Assembly (NCBI GenBank): GCA_051294375.1
Contig: CM119271.1
Coordinates: forward strand, 7,203,731 to 7,267,730
Source of the DNA: Paraspadella gotoi
Taxonomy: Eukaryota; Animalia; Chaetognatha
DNA length: 64,000 nucleotides
Direction: 5' to 3'
Each line of letters opens with the position of its first letter. The first letter of the stretch is position 1. The position numbers and the translations under genes are program-made. The notes under the pieces were generated by a model, which made no database searches, was not told the origin of the DNA, and worked only from the letters and a program-made list of their open reading frames with translations. Shown here piece by piece: positions 51,242 to 64,000 of this stretch.

Positions 51242-52213
51242 TCTTAATAACTAAAAGAGAAACGAAAGGGGAATCCCGTTCCGGGCGTGACGGAAAAAAA
51301 AAAGTCACCGCTTTCACCTTTCTAATCCTCAAACCACCTTTTACCCCTCTGCCCACACAAAAGAAACAGGTGGCAACATCCGCCGGCGCGACGAGGTAAA
51401 ACTTTTAGATAACAACTGCGCAACCTCGATACCCGCTTGCCCCGACCCCCGTCGATTTTTACTTTGCCACGCCCACCGTTTGGCGGCGTCCCAACCCCCC
51501 CCATTCTCGCTTGATCCCGTTTTATTCCTTTTTCAATTAAAGAAAAAAAAAAAGTCGTGAGATGAAATCGAAAAAATCGATTTTTTCGTTTGTTCGCCTT
51601 GAAAGGATTAAAGGACGGGACCGGGTTGGAAAGGGAAATGGTGAGTTGGATGATAATAAAGTGTTCAAAAGTCCATTGTCCAAAGTCGGGGGAAAGATGG
51701 CTCATTCATAGAACGAATGGATAATTTTGTGTTTGTCGTTACTGTTTGAACACTAATTAGAGGTTAAAAAAGACAGTTTCCTTTTAGAGAGAGAAGGAGA
51801 GAGAGAGTGAAAAAAGAGGATTAGGTTCGAAAACAAGGAAGGTGATGTTTTCAATTAGGCCACGATTTGTTCAGTCACAGCAACGACATACAGGCTAAGT
51901 CAACTGTCAAGGTTATACGACCCCCTGAATTCTTCCGAGAAAGCCTAAACGTGAGAAAAAAGAGCGAGAAGAAAGTTGAATGAAAATATCGACAAAGGTC
52001 GAAGAAGAAGAGTGCGAGAGAGAGAGAGCGGAACGTAAAGAGAGGGAGACAGAGTAAGAAAAAGAGTGAGGAGAGAGAGAGAGACATTTTTCGTTCCGAG
52101 GGTTTTTATCGGTTGCCCATTTTGTAACAGGAACCGAAACCCGAGGAAATGAATCGGCTTAACATTTTTTCCCTTAAGATTGGAAGCCGTTCCGGAAAGA
52201 ACTCTCTCTCTCT

Positions 52214-52248
<35 letters not shown>

Positions 52249-53639
52249 CTCCGTTCCTGACAGAAGAAGAGGAAGGGACAAACAAGGTTTTGTTCCCCCC
52301 TTTGAGAATTGAAAAAGTGACATTTTGTGGGATTTTTAGGAGGGGGGGGTTGAGTAGGGCCTCGGGAAAAAATTGGCCCAGAGTAGATCGCCAAGGTGGG
52401 CCGCTTCTGGATGCTTCCGGTTGCCAATAACCGAGAGAGAGAGAGAGACGCCACGTCAGCCACGTCAAAAGATTTGGAAGCGTAAAAGAGGTCAGGCGAG
52501 TCAAAGCCGAAGTCAATAAACGTCAAAGGTCAGTGACGTCAAAAAGGCCAAGTCGGATAACGTCAAAAATTGATGACGTCAATGTCTGGATTCTCGTCGA
52601 AAGGCTGAAATTTGAAATCTGACACGAAAGAAGAAGATTTTGAAAAGGGGGTAAAATGGAAGAGTCGAGAGAACTGACAACGTTTGACACGAATTTGATA
52701 AATAGGGATAATTTGGCCGATGTCCGAGTATTCGTTGATAATTGCCATTGACTTCATTGGTCGAATGATTGCGAAAATAAGTCCACCGCCAAACTAATAA
52801 CGTCCGTAACCCAATATAACGTCCAACCGGGGGCACACAAAAAAAACAAAAAAACAACACAACGACGGCAGAAAGTCAAAGCGGCTGCCAAGTTTTTCTT
52901 CAAAAAAACCACGTTAACGAAAATGTCGCTTTGCGTCTTATCGACGTCACAACGACTCAACGAACTTGTCTCCAGGAATTGAGGGTGGGGCGGGGGGTGA
53001 AAGGGAGAAGAGGGGGAGATTTGGGGGAGAGGGTTAGAGGGAGAGGGAGGGGAACCAAAGGCGCCTAAACATCTCCACCCTCCAAGGTGGGAATTATAAA
53101 ACCACGATTCCTAGTTTTTACGAACCTTAACGGGTAAAATACCCTCTTTCCGAACCTGACTTACCCTCCCATTTGGAGTCGACTACCCAACGGGCAGAGA
53201 TGCAGCGGAAATCGACCTTGTCCGTCTTGTCGATGGTTCCTTCGCAGGTGGCGGCCGTTTCTGCAGGGTTCTTGTTGGTGCAGGGATTTTTCGAATTGGC
53301 AATACTCTCTACCCATTGATCGCCGCAGATCAAGTAGCTCTGTTTTTTGAGGAGAGGGAAAGACGAGGGGTTTAATAAGTTAACCGAATAGTTCAATAAA
53401 CGCTAAATAAAAATCTAATTTGCTTTTTTTCCCCCCATGCGAAGTTTAAAAACGATTAGATTTATTATACTTTAACCGGATTTGGGTGTTTTCCCATTTT
53501 CGCATATTCAATAGTTATATCTTTATGAAAATCATAGTCCTATGGAGGCGACGAATTTGAAATATTTTAACACGGTTATGGACAACTCGGGAGGTCTTAC
53601 TAAGAATTTTTTTTTTTTCGAACACTAGATTTCCCCGTT

Positions 53640-53679
<40 letters not shown>

Positions 53680-56600
53680 AGAGAAGAGAGGAGAGAGAAA
53701 GGCCCCTCGTCAAAAAAGGATATTTTCTGCTCTCGACTCTTTTTAAGGATCCTTTGTAGTAGGAGAACAACGTGAATAATCGACGACGACGACGACGACG
53801 ACAAGGACGTTGGCGAGACGACAAAGAGCTCCTTTCACTTTCGCGTTCATTTCAGCTCTCGAAAAAATTAACACTGGAAAATAAATCAAACGCCCCCCCT
53901 ACTCCCCATTTTCGAAAAAAAAAAACCTAACGAGATAAACAGAACGAAAAAAAAAGAAAAAAGATTTAGAGATAAAAAGCAGACGGATTTCTATTGTTTT
54001 TGCGCGGCAACGGTAAGTAAAACGAAAGGAAAAAAAAAAAAGAAGCAAAAGTAAGCAAAGTAAGGAAGAAAACAATTACCATGAATACAATGAAGGGTGG
54101 AGGGGAGTTGGAGGGGGGGGGGGCAGGAGAACAATCGCCCGCATGAAATGGAATCTTCGGTTGACGCGAATGAGTGACGCGGATTCGCGTCCGCGTTTCG
54201 GTCCATAGATTTTGAAATGGGAGGGAAGCCGAGCGCTCGAGGGAAGTGTGCGCTCCATAGAGGGCAGGGTCCCGTCAACGATCCCGCCCTCTCGGTCTGG
54301 CCTCTGGCGAGAGACGTTGGTGGTTGAGAGAGAGAAGGGACGACTTTTTAACGTCGCTAATTTCTCTATTTCTCTCTCTCTCTCTCTCTTTGGCCGGCAG
54401 GAGTGAGAATAGGGGAGGGTATTCGAAAAGATAGATTCTCACTTTTTCTCGTCTCGATGATAATAGTCGTCGTTGTCGTCGTCCTCGTCCTCAAAATGGA
54501 CGCCGGGTGAAAGTGTAAACTCGGCGAAGTGAAACCGACAAAGAGAAACGAGGGAGCGAATTCACGCGCGGTTTTTTTTTTTTTTTTTCCAAAAACGAGT
54601 TTGGTTGAAAAAAAAAAAAAAAGAGCATCCGTCTCCTTTATTCAATCGATCCGTTTCGACTGGTCCTGACATGATGACTGCCTGACTTCTACAATCTTCT
54701 TTGTGCTTAATGCACCATAAATATATAAGAAAAGGGCATCTTGAAAGGTCACAGTTCTCAAAATCATAACGCTGTATTGTACATTGTACATAGTGGAACA
54801 AAGAAAAATGGTGTGTTATAAAAAATGTCGACAAAGTTTTAATACAACTAACGTCGTCCGTCCGAATTCGCACGAAATATGTTTTCTAACAAGCCTTTTT
54901 ACAGGCATACAGTACTTGAATACTTCGACTGAATAACTTCTCAACTTTAACTTAATATTCTTCCTCTCGAAAGCGATGACGTCCAAAGGCAAAGAAACAA
55001 AATGAATATATTAAAGACTTAAAAGACTCAAATCGAATCGACTGGCGATTTTTTCCTCGTGATGACAGGAGCCGAATCGAAGCCCGAATAAATTTTTTTT
55101 TCCCCAAGGCGGAGTCCGACGCCCGATATCAAAGATAAAGCAATTGACAAGCAACGGACGAGCAAATGGAAATCTTGCGGGTCCCATCCGAATCGTACCG
55201 CTGCGGCTTGTACGCGCGCGTCGGAAGCGACACGACTAACCACATCCGTTCGTCCGACGACAACGACGAAGCGTTGTAACGGCGACGGGAAGTTGACACT
55301 CGAAAGGGCCTCTTCAAAAAGAGACACGGAATCTTTCGCCCGCGACGCTTAATTTATAATCGAGACGTCAGATACGACGACGACAGAGAGGGAGAAAAAA
55401 CCCGTCTTAAAAACTCGATCCAGTCTGTGAGATAGAGACAGAGAGAGAGAAGAAAGAAAAAGAATCCCACAGCATTTCCCACACAGTGTCCTTCACTGCT
55501 GATTAAGAAGGAAGTTTACAGTTCAACTGTAAGGGTTCAACTGTAAACTGTTTCTATCTCCGAATCGCAACCGGAAACGCGAGTTCAGTTTCCCACGGAT
55601 CGAAAGACCGGAATCTTCGATCGTTCGGTTAAAAAAAAAATCCCCGATCTGCGCCGCCGTTTCCCAGACAGTGAAAACAAATCGATTCAGTTCTCCCCCG
55701 CTGTCAGTCCGCATCGGTTGCTTCCCACAGTCGCGGTGAGGAAAAAACAAAAACCCCAACCGATCAGGGACAACAATGGGGACATTGGGGACAAGACCAC
55801 GAGACTGAGGTCGGCGGGAAAGGCGAGGCAGCTTTTTTTTGTTTTCGTTCATCGAAGGTTTTGACGGCTTTCGCTGCCCCGAGTTACAATCGGCTAGGAC
55901 AAGGAATTATAAATGAGTCGCTGACCTTAAAGAAAAACCCGACTTTAAATAGATGTTAAATTATTCGAACGATTTCGATAACAAAAATTTCGAAAAGTGG
56001 AAAAAAAAAGCCTTTACGATCCGAAGGAATCGATTCTCACTGTACTTAACAGAAATCACCCGAAGTGTTTGACTGTAATTTGACTTCTATCATTCGTCAG
56101 GTATTTCGAAAACAAATTTACCCCTTCCAAACGCTGGAATTTTTCTCACAAAGTTTTACCCTAGCGCGAACAAAACTTGCTCGTATCTGTCTGATTAAGC
56201 GTGACTTGAGGGGAAACCACTCAAAAATGGTTAAAAACTGGTTAGTGGTAACGATTCGCTCGAGTTGTAAAAACAGTTCAATTTTTCGTTGACAGACGAC
56301 GACGCTAATACATCCTTCTTGAAAATAATTGGCGGGATATTCTAATTAAGGGTTTCGTTTGATGTTGTCGTTTCGTGATCTGCTCAGAAGTTTTTAGGCT
56401 CAAAATTTTTTATAAATATAACATTGGTAGAAATATGTTTTAAAACTGCTCAAAGATTACTTTAATACAAAAATATTTGTCCTGCAAATAAATGCTCTAA
56501 AAAAAATTAAATTATCCTAACATTTTTAACAAATAAGTTCAGTCTAATAATTTGCATCTTTTGAGCTATCAACGCATGTTACAATGAACATCAAACTGTC

Positions 56601-59230
56601 ACAAAACAGCACATCACATCGTAGCAGCACGCACCCCAGCGCAGTATCCAGAACTCACCTGGGGCGAGGTTTCCACGCATTCGGACCCGTGGGTGCAGGG
56701 ATTGGGCGAGCAGGAGGGAAAGGCGGCGGCGGGGGCGAAGACGAAGGCGGCGAAAACGGCGACGAGGAAAAATCCGGTCAAATTCCGGTGAGGATTCCGG
56801 CGAAGGGAATAGACGGACGGAGAAAAAGAAGATTGTCGTCGCCGGTTCGGCCGGAGCCACAACGAAGGCGACGACGAATCGAGCTTGTTGGAGATGAGCG
56901 ACGTCGTCAACGTCCTTCGGCCGGCGTCTCTAGAGGCGACGGAAATGTTCGAAGCGGCGTCATCTTCGATGAGGCGTCCCGAGAGGCGCTCTCTCAAGGC
57001 GGCGTCGTCGTTGGAACCCGATGCGGCGTCGTCGACGACCGCGATCCCTAGCGGCGTCGTTGACGAGAGTTTTCGGGCCCGGGAGGCGCGAACGATGGCG
57101 CCGGGGGAATGGCGAGACGCCGCGAGGGGACGCTTGAAGCGGGAGAAACGGCTCGAGGACGCTGAGACGGTATCCATGGCGACGCGGTGGGCGGAGGAGG
57201 CGAGGGAATAAATTAAAGCGAACGTGACTTAGAAGAATGGGAGACGGAGATAGAGAGAGAGACGCGGTGGGAGAGAGAGAGAAAGATACTTTCTATCTTT
57301 GGAGACAGAAATTCGGTGGGGATGAGGATAGCATCGTTGAAGACGAGTTCCAAGTCAAGACGCGGCGAATATAAATATTCCCGGTTTTCGTATTTTTTTA
57401 AAAATTTATTGCGAAATTCGACGAACGTCTTTTTTGTTTTCCCCGACGTCGAAGAAAACAATAAACATCCGGGGAATCGAAGGCACAACATCCGCGGGAA
57501 CCGAAAATTTCTTGTCAGTTAATTTTTTAGATCTTGTTAAAGCGATAGATATTCTCTCACAACGAAAATATACACCTTCGCGACACTCGAGGTTTTCCAC
57601 GCGGGGTGGGACGATGCCGAGGTTGCGAGGGGGATGGAAGGGAGGGGGGGTGAGTGAAAAGAGGGGAGGGAACGCGAAGAGGATCACCATGGGGCGTCGT
57701 GAGGGGGGGAGGGCGTTGGATCGATTGAGGCGCGTGGCGAAAGGATTTCGCGCCGGAAATCAAAAGAGAGGATGAGCGAAAATGGGGGGGTGGCTCTATG
57801 AGCCAGATGATGAGGGGATTAGGAAGCGGAAGAGAATTTCTCTTATTTTCTTTTTTCTTTTCATGTTCTTCCTTTCTTTTTATTTCCGTTCTTCGCGACG
57901 AGAGAGAGAGAGAGCAGAGAGTGGGAGAGAGAGATCGAGTCTTTCAAAGAAAATGATTTTTTTCTTTTCTCGTTCGGAATTTTTTTATATATCTTTTTTC
58001 TTTTTTATTTTTCTTATTCTTTTTTTTTGGGTGTCGTTTCGCGTTATTTTGGTGGGTTTAAGTGGGTTTCTTCTTTTTGTTTGTGTGCAATTGATGTTGC
58101 CCGGGAGCGGGGAAGCGGTGAGAGAGAGAGAGCTGAATTTATTTTGTTCGATGACGCAGAAGTCATGTCCGGGGATCTGGTAAAGAGGGAGAGGAGAGAG
58201 TGCGGAATTGATTTTGAGACAGTGTGGGAAAAAAAATATGAGAGGAAAAAAGTAATGTAACATTCGACTGAAGCGCTCTATCTTTTTGAGTGAAGAGAGA
58301 GAGAGAGAGAGAGATGATGAGAGAGATGAGAGAGATTGAGAGAGAGATGAGACAATGAGAGAGAGAGAGAGAAGAAGATTCACTCGGAACTACATCAATT
58401 AAAAGAGAAAGAAAATTAGGTCGTGCGGGTAAGCGAAGAGATATTAGTCGAAGCCAATCAGTTTTGCAAGTTTTTCTTTCCCCAATTCGTAATTAAGAAC
58501 GTGGATCTAGTTAATCACTAATCAGGCGCGAATTAAAATTATTAGTTTTTTTGAGGAGTAATTTTGAGTTTTTTTCGATGATTTTGAGAAATCAATTTTT
58601 TTTTTCCTCCCGAGAATAGAAAGGTGAGGGATTAGATAGGTTAAATAAAAAAGTGAAGATGTGTTCGAAGAAAGAGAGGTAGAAAGTGATCAAGAGGAAA
58701 AGTGAAGGTAGAAAGCAGTTACGCATTTAAAGAAAAGAAAGAAAAAAAGGAAAGAGAGAGAGAAGAAGTTATAAAACGATAAAGAACCAGTTTTTTTCCT
58801 TTCGCCTGCCGAAGCATAATTTCTTCGATTTTCGAAAACAAATTATATCCAAAGATTTTGTTTTTTTAAAAATTAAATTTTGTTTTATATTTCATTTTTT
58901 CTTTTTTTCGGTTCTTTTTTTTTTCAACCGGCGAACAAAGAGCGAACCTCCACGCGAAAAATACTGAACGATTGCTGACCGAAAATATGATTTTTACTTC
59001 GAGTTCTGGCCAATTTTGGGGGTTTTTTCATCGTTCATAATTTTTTGGCCCAGAGTTCACAGAGAGCGAGAGAGAGGAGAAAGAGGGAAATATTTTTTTC
59101 AGGAGGAAAAAAGTTTTTTGAGCCTTAATTTTTTTTTTGTACGATGAGATAAACTCGGGGCAGACAGAGTGGGAAAAAAAAAAGCCGAACTGAGCAGGCC
59201 GAAAAACTTCCCAAAAAAGAATCTCTCTCT
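51242..59230 (-). repeat. Second copy of 40332-48342 (Notch exons 1-2, introns, upstream region); probable uncollapsed haplotype / long-read gap fill
   Basis: Colinear match; dense 1-nt indels from 51242 to ~57500 (exon 2 copy at ~53185-53338 frameshifted), then apparently identical ~57510-59230 to ~46620-48342; both copies end at N-gaps. Confidence 0.9.
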
Positions 59231-59255
59231 NNNNNNNNNNNNNNNNNNNNNNNNN

Positions 59256-59838
59256 AGAGAGAGAGAGAGAGAGAGAGAGAGTGGGAGAGAGAGATCGCGT
59301 CTTCAAAGAAAATCGATTTTTTTTCTTTTCTCGTCGGAATTTTTTTTTTTATTCTTTTTTTTCTTTTTTATTTCTTATTCCTTTTTTTTGGGTGTCGTTT
59401 CGCGTTATTTTGGTGGGTTTAAGTGGGTTTTTCTTCTTTTTTGTGTTTGTGTGATTGATTGTGCGCCGAGGAGCGGGGAAGGGTGAGAGAGAGAGAGAGA
59501 GAGAGAGAATTTATTTGTTCGATGACGCAGAAGTCATGTCCCGGGGATCTGGTAAAGAGGGAGAGAGAGAGAGTGGGAATTGATTTGAGACAGTGTGGGA
59601 AAAAAAATATGAGAGGAAAANNNNNNNNNNNNNNNNNNNNNNNNNNNNNNNNNNNNNNNNNNNNNNNNNNNNNNNNNNNNNNNNNNNNNNNNNNNNNNNN
59701 NNNNNNNNNNNNNNNNNNNNNNNNNNNNNNNNNNNNNNNNNNNNNNNNNNNNNNNNNNNNNNNNNNNNNNNNNNNNNNNNNNNNNNNNNNNNNNNNNNNN
59801 NNNNNNNNNNNNNNNNNNNNNNNNNNNNNNNNNNNNNN

Positions 59839-59875
<37 letters not shown>

Positions 59876-60607
59876 TTCACTCGGAACTACATCAATTAAA
59901 AGAGAAAGAAAATTCAGGTCGTGGCGGAAGCGAAGGAGATAATTAGTCGAAGCCAATCCAGTTTTGCAAGTTTTTTTTTCCCAATTCGTAATTAAGAACG
60001 TGGATCTAGTTAATCACTAATCAGGCGTCGAATTAAAATTATAGTTTTTTGAGGAGTTAATTTTGAGTTTTTTCGATGATTTTGAAATCCATTTTTTTTT
60101 CCCGCCGAGAATAGAAGGGTGAGGGATTAGATACGTTAAATAAAAAGTGAAGATGTGTTCGAAGAAAGAGAGGTAGAAAGTGATCAAGAGAAAAGTAAAG
60201 GTAGAAAGCTAGTTACGATTAAAGAAAGAAAGAAAAAAAGAAAGAGAGAGAGAGAGTTATAAACGATAAAGAAACCGTTTTTTTCCTTTCGCTGCGAAGC
60301 ATAATTTCTTCGATTTCGAAAACAAATAATATCCAAAGATTTTGTTTTAAAAATTAATTTTGTTTTATTTTCATTTTTTCTTTTTTCGTTCTTTTTTTTC
60401 AACCGGCGAACAAAGAGCGAACCTCCAACGCGAAACTGAACGATGCCGACCGAAAATAGATTTTTACTTCGAGGTTCTGGCAATTTTGGGTTTTTTTTTC
60501 ATCGTTCATAATTTTTTGGCCCGAGTTCCACAGAGAGCGAGAGAGAGAGAAAGAGGAAGATTTTTTCAGGAGGAAAAAAGTTTTTCGAGCCTTTAATTTT
60601 TTTTTTT
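59256..60607. repeat. Third, gapped copy of the Notch upstream region (~47010-48250)
   Basis: Same sequence with small indels, bounded and interrupted by N-runs. Confidence 0.85.
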
Positions 60608-60874
60608 NNNNNNNNNNNNNNNNNNNNNNNNNNNNNNNNNNNNNNNNNNNNNNNNNNNNNNNNNNNNNNNNNNNNNNNNNNNNNNNNNNNNNNNNNNNNN
60701 NNNNNNNNNNNNNNNNNNNNNNNNNNNNNNNNNNNNNNNNNNNNNNNNNNNNNNNNNNNNNNNNNNNNNNNNNNNNNNNNNNNNNNNNNNNNNNNNNNNN
60801 NNNNNNNNNNNNNNNNNNNNNNNNNNNNNNNNNNNNNNNNNNNNNNNNNNNNNNNNNNNNNNNNNNNNNNNNNN

Positions 60875-60908
<34 letters not shown>

Positions 60909-61252
60909 CTCGGTTGCCCCTTCGGCCCCCGAGGCATCGCAGCTTTCGAAGCCCAACACGACGGGAACAAAACTCGAGTTTCCTCTCGTCGATCCGACGA
61001 TAGCGACGACGAAAAAGACGACGATGACGACGAAAAAGACGACGATGACGAAAAAGGAGGACGACGACGATCGCAAACCTTTTTCGAGGATCCGCTCGAA
61101 TTCGAAAAATGAATAAACGAAGAAGAAAGTCGGGGTAGGGTTTTTGAAAAAAGAGACAGAGAGAGAGAGACAGAGAGAGAAACAGAGAGAGAGAACCTTA
61201 CCTCAAGGCTGCACGAGCTGTTTCATCGCTGTTGCTCCCCGCCCTCGTTTTG

Positions 61253-61300
<48 letters not shown>

Positions 61301-61558
61301 TGGTTGATTCGATTAAACAATCCACGCAAAATCCTCAGGCCGAACCGTTATGACTTGAAAGTCATTAAAACGAAAGAAATATGAAGCGAATAAACGCTAA
61401 ACTGCGAATATTTCATAATTCATATCTCGTATTTCATACTTTATGTTTGAAAATGTTTGAGGTTTACTGATAATTATTATTTTGGTTTTTTTTTAAATTC
61501 TATTGAACGCGAATCGTAATAAAATTCAACGATGGCAAACGTTCGTCCGATAATTCAG

Positions 61559-61593
<35 letters not shown>

Positions 61594-63386
61594 AATAATT
61601 CTCACAGATTCGAAGAAAAGGAGGGAAAAAACAAAACGGATAATGTGTAAACAAGAGAGAGAGTCTCTGGCAGAAGGTTGAGAATCTCGGAGGGGGAGAC
61701 AGAGAACGAGAGAGAGAGAGAGAGCGGAGAGAAACGGAAAAGAAAGGGATCGAGAGAGCGAGACGAAGAAATGTCGAAAGGGATTCGAAGCTTGAAACCC
61801 GTCGTCGAAAGAGACCGCGAGGAATTCGGAATTAAAAAAAAAATAATTAATTCGGAATATCAATTTAATGAAGAATGATGATAAAATTATTCATCGTCGT
61901 AATAATTATTTACTCGTTGACTAATAATTCCTTTCCGAGATTTGATTTAAATAAATGCGAGGGCAACGGATAAAAAAAAAATTATCTGCGGGTTTAAAAT
62001 GCGTTTTTGATAAAAGCGAAGATTGAATTCGAGTTGACATGTTGGTTATATTTTTTAAATAATTCTTGTACAAATACGATTCTTACGACGAAGCTTAGCA
62101 CACGAGCGAAGTTGAATTACCAGACAAAAATGTATTACAGCATTACGGAGAGTATTGTACCGCAAATAGACGGACAAACTTTGAGGGATGAGCAGAGAAC
62201 GGCGGGAGAAAAACCAAATAATCTCGAAGAGAGAGCGAGTCAACAAAGGCAGAGAGAGAGAGAAAGAGAGAGAGAGAGAGCGAGAGCGAGAGAGCACCTT
62301 TGTGAAAAGGTAGTTTAAAAACGAAAAGGAGAAACAGAGACAGAGAGAGTCCCCCGATCGAAGGGCAAGATTATGAATATTGAATTNNNNNNNNNNNNNN
62401 NNNNNNNNNNNNNNNNNNNNNNNNNNNNNNNNNNNNNNNNNNNNNNNNNNNNNNNNNNNNNNNNNNNNNNNNNNNNNNNNNNNNNNNNNNNNNNNNNNNN
62501 NNNNNNNNNNNNNNNNNNNNNNNNNNNNNNNNNNNNNNNNNNNNNNNNNNNNNNNNNNNNNNNNNNNNNNNNNNNNNNNNNNNNNNNNNNNNNNNNNNNN
62601 NNNNNNNNNNNNNNNNNNNNNNNNNNNNNNNNNNNNNNNNNNNNNNNNNNNNNNNNNNNNNNNNNNNNNNNNNNNNNNNNNNNNNNNNNNNNNNNNNNNN
62701 NNNNNNNNNNNNNNNNNNNNNNNNNNNNNNNNNNNNNNNNNNNNNNNNNNNNNNNNNNNNNNNNNNNNNNNNNNNNNNNNNNNNNNNCAACCGTTCATCC
62801 GATTCTTTATCCACTCATGAATCCATTCATTCATACAATAGTTCAATGCATATCCGTATTTCCGTACTATTGGGACCAACGATAGAAATTAGAAATAATT
62901 GACTCAAGTTTAAGCCAAATCTAGAAAATTGTAACTCTTTTCCTCTCTCTCTGCCCCCCCCCAAAAATGGGTCTTTGAAAACTTTTCTTCGGCCCGAATC
63001 TTCTGCGAGAAAACGGTTCCCTCTGGTTTGTTTTTAACGGTTTTTCATGAAAAAAAAAATGAGGATCCTTATTCTTTTCTCTCTCTTCCTTTTTTGTATT
63101 CAAATTTTCAGCTGTTGTCACCCGCTCCGAGAGAGAGAGAGAGAGAGAGAGAAGAAAGAGAGGTACCCCGAGTAGCGTGTTGCCACCCTTGGCTTCTAGA
63201 AAAAATTTCCCTCCCTTTTCTCTTCGTGTGCACGTGCACGAAATGTCGCCTGTCGAGCGTGTACCAGCGCGTGCGACAGCGTGCGCAACTGAGCGTTAAA
63301 CTTTTGCACCTAACTTGATTTTAGACGAGGGGGGGCGTGAAAGAAAAAGGAAACTCCTAGACGGTGATTTTGGGGAACTAAACTAG

Positions 63387-63690
63387 TTTTGAGCGGCGCC
63401 GCTCGTACTCGCGGAGCAACCCTATATAAATCTCTTTTCGGTCGGTCTGTCTATCTGCTAGGCTGTTCTACTATTTCTGTTTTAAATATTTTAAAATCTG
63501 AGTCAATTCTGAAAATACTTAATAGATTGGTTAACCAAGCATATGTTTATTACTTTTCTGGTCACGTGATTATTTGACCACATAATTCTAATTTGGCATA
63601 ATACATATTATAAAAGATACTATATTTCAAAATACGATCTCCTGATAAGAAAATCAATGCGGCGCAACACATTGGAATTGCCGTTTCGTA
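63387..63690 (+). mobile_element. Short non-autonomous Helentron/HINE-like element, copy 2
   Basis: TTTTGAGCGGCGCCGCTCGTACTCGCGGAGCAACCCTATA..TTTTCGGTCGGTCTGTC..GCGGCGCAACACATTGGAATTGCCGTT; termini shared with 19975-20197, interior diverged. Confidence 0.6.
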
Positions 63691-64000
63691 AGTACTTTCG
63701 TAGTCGTTTTCGTCCTCGTTTCAAGGTCTTAAAGGTGAGGTATAGTTAATGAATTTCGCCACGAGGGTCGCTGCATCACACAACAATTACTTCGTATACT
63801 AAAGACCCTGACCCTAACCAATGACGCGCCTCTCCAAAAGTCAAAATACCGGAAAGAGCATTTCGTTCTTCAAGTCTCTCAATTTCTTCGTTTCCATCTC
63901 AAACATCTCTTCGACTTCCCCCCCATACTCTCCCTCCCCCCCTCTCTCTCACCGAATACCGCCCTCGCGAATCACAAAATGATCTCTCTCTTTGTGGAGA

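Noticed and set aside
53185-57177. Second Notch paralog or pseudogene
   Set aside because: Only exons 1-2 are present, introns are near-identical, and the indel pattern and gaps point to an assembly or haplotype duplicate
60995-61072. GACGACGAAAAAGACGACGAT short tandem repeat resembling an acidic coding tract
   Set aside because: No splice sites or start context support an exon; simple repeat
59028-62885. Long ORFs containing X runs
   Set aside because: Artefacts of N-gaps

Overview
Eukaryotic (invertebrate animal) genomic DNA with GC-rich exons, short AT-rich spliceosomal introns, many (GA)n/(CT)n tracts and N-gaps after 48.3 kb. Seven genes were reconstructed by reading splice junctions: U2SURP/SR140 (-, 3' end off-window), calaxin/EFCAB1 (+), vasohibin (+), an intronless 1543-aa NEK8/9-type kinase with RCC1 repeats (+), profilin (+), a FLACC1/ALS2CR12-like coiled-coil gene (-) and a ~30-exon Notch (-). 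The Notch 5' region is present again at 51.2-60.6 kb, most likely as an uncollapsed haplotype or gap-fill artefact. Best leads: (1) two intronic fold-back palindromes built from minimal type-I hammerhead ribozyme motifs of the Penelope-like-element kind; (2) a Notch with 36 EGF repeats but only two LNR modules, and possibly a long N-terminal extension; (3) an unusual NEK architecture with a C-terminal CaaX box inside a tightly packed, possibly operon-like cilia/microtubule gene cluster; (4) a Helentron/HINE-like element present in two copies; (5) CSL and CRE site clusters in the Notch introns. Family assignments are from recalled motifs, not database searches, and exon coordinates were read by hand (+/- a few nt).
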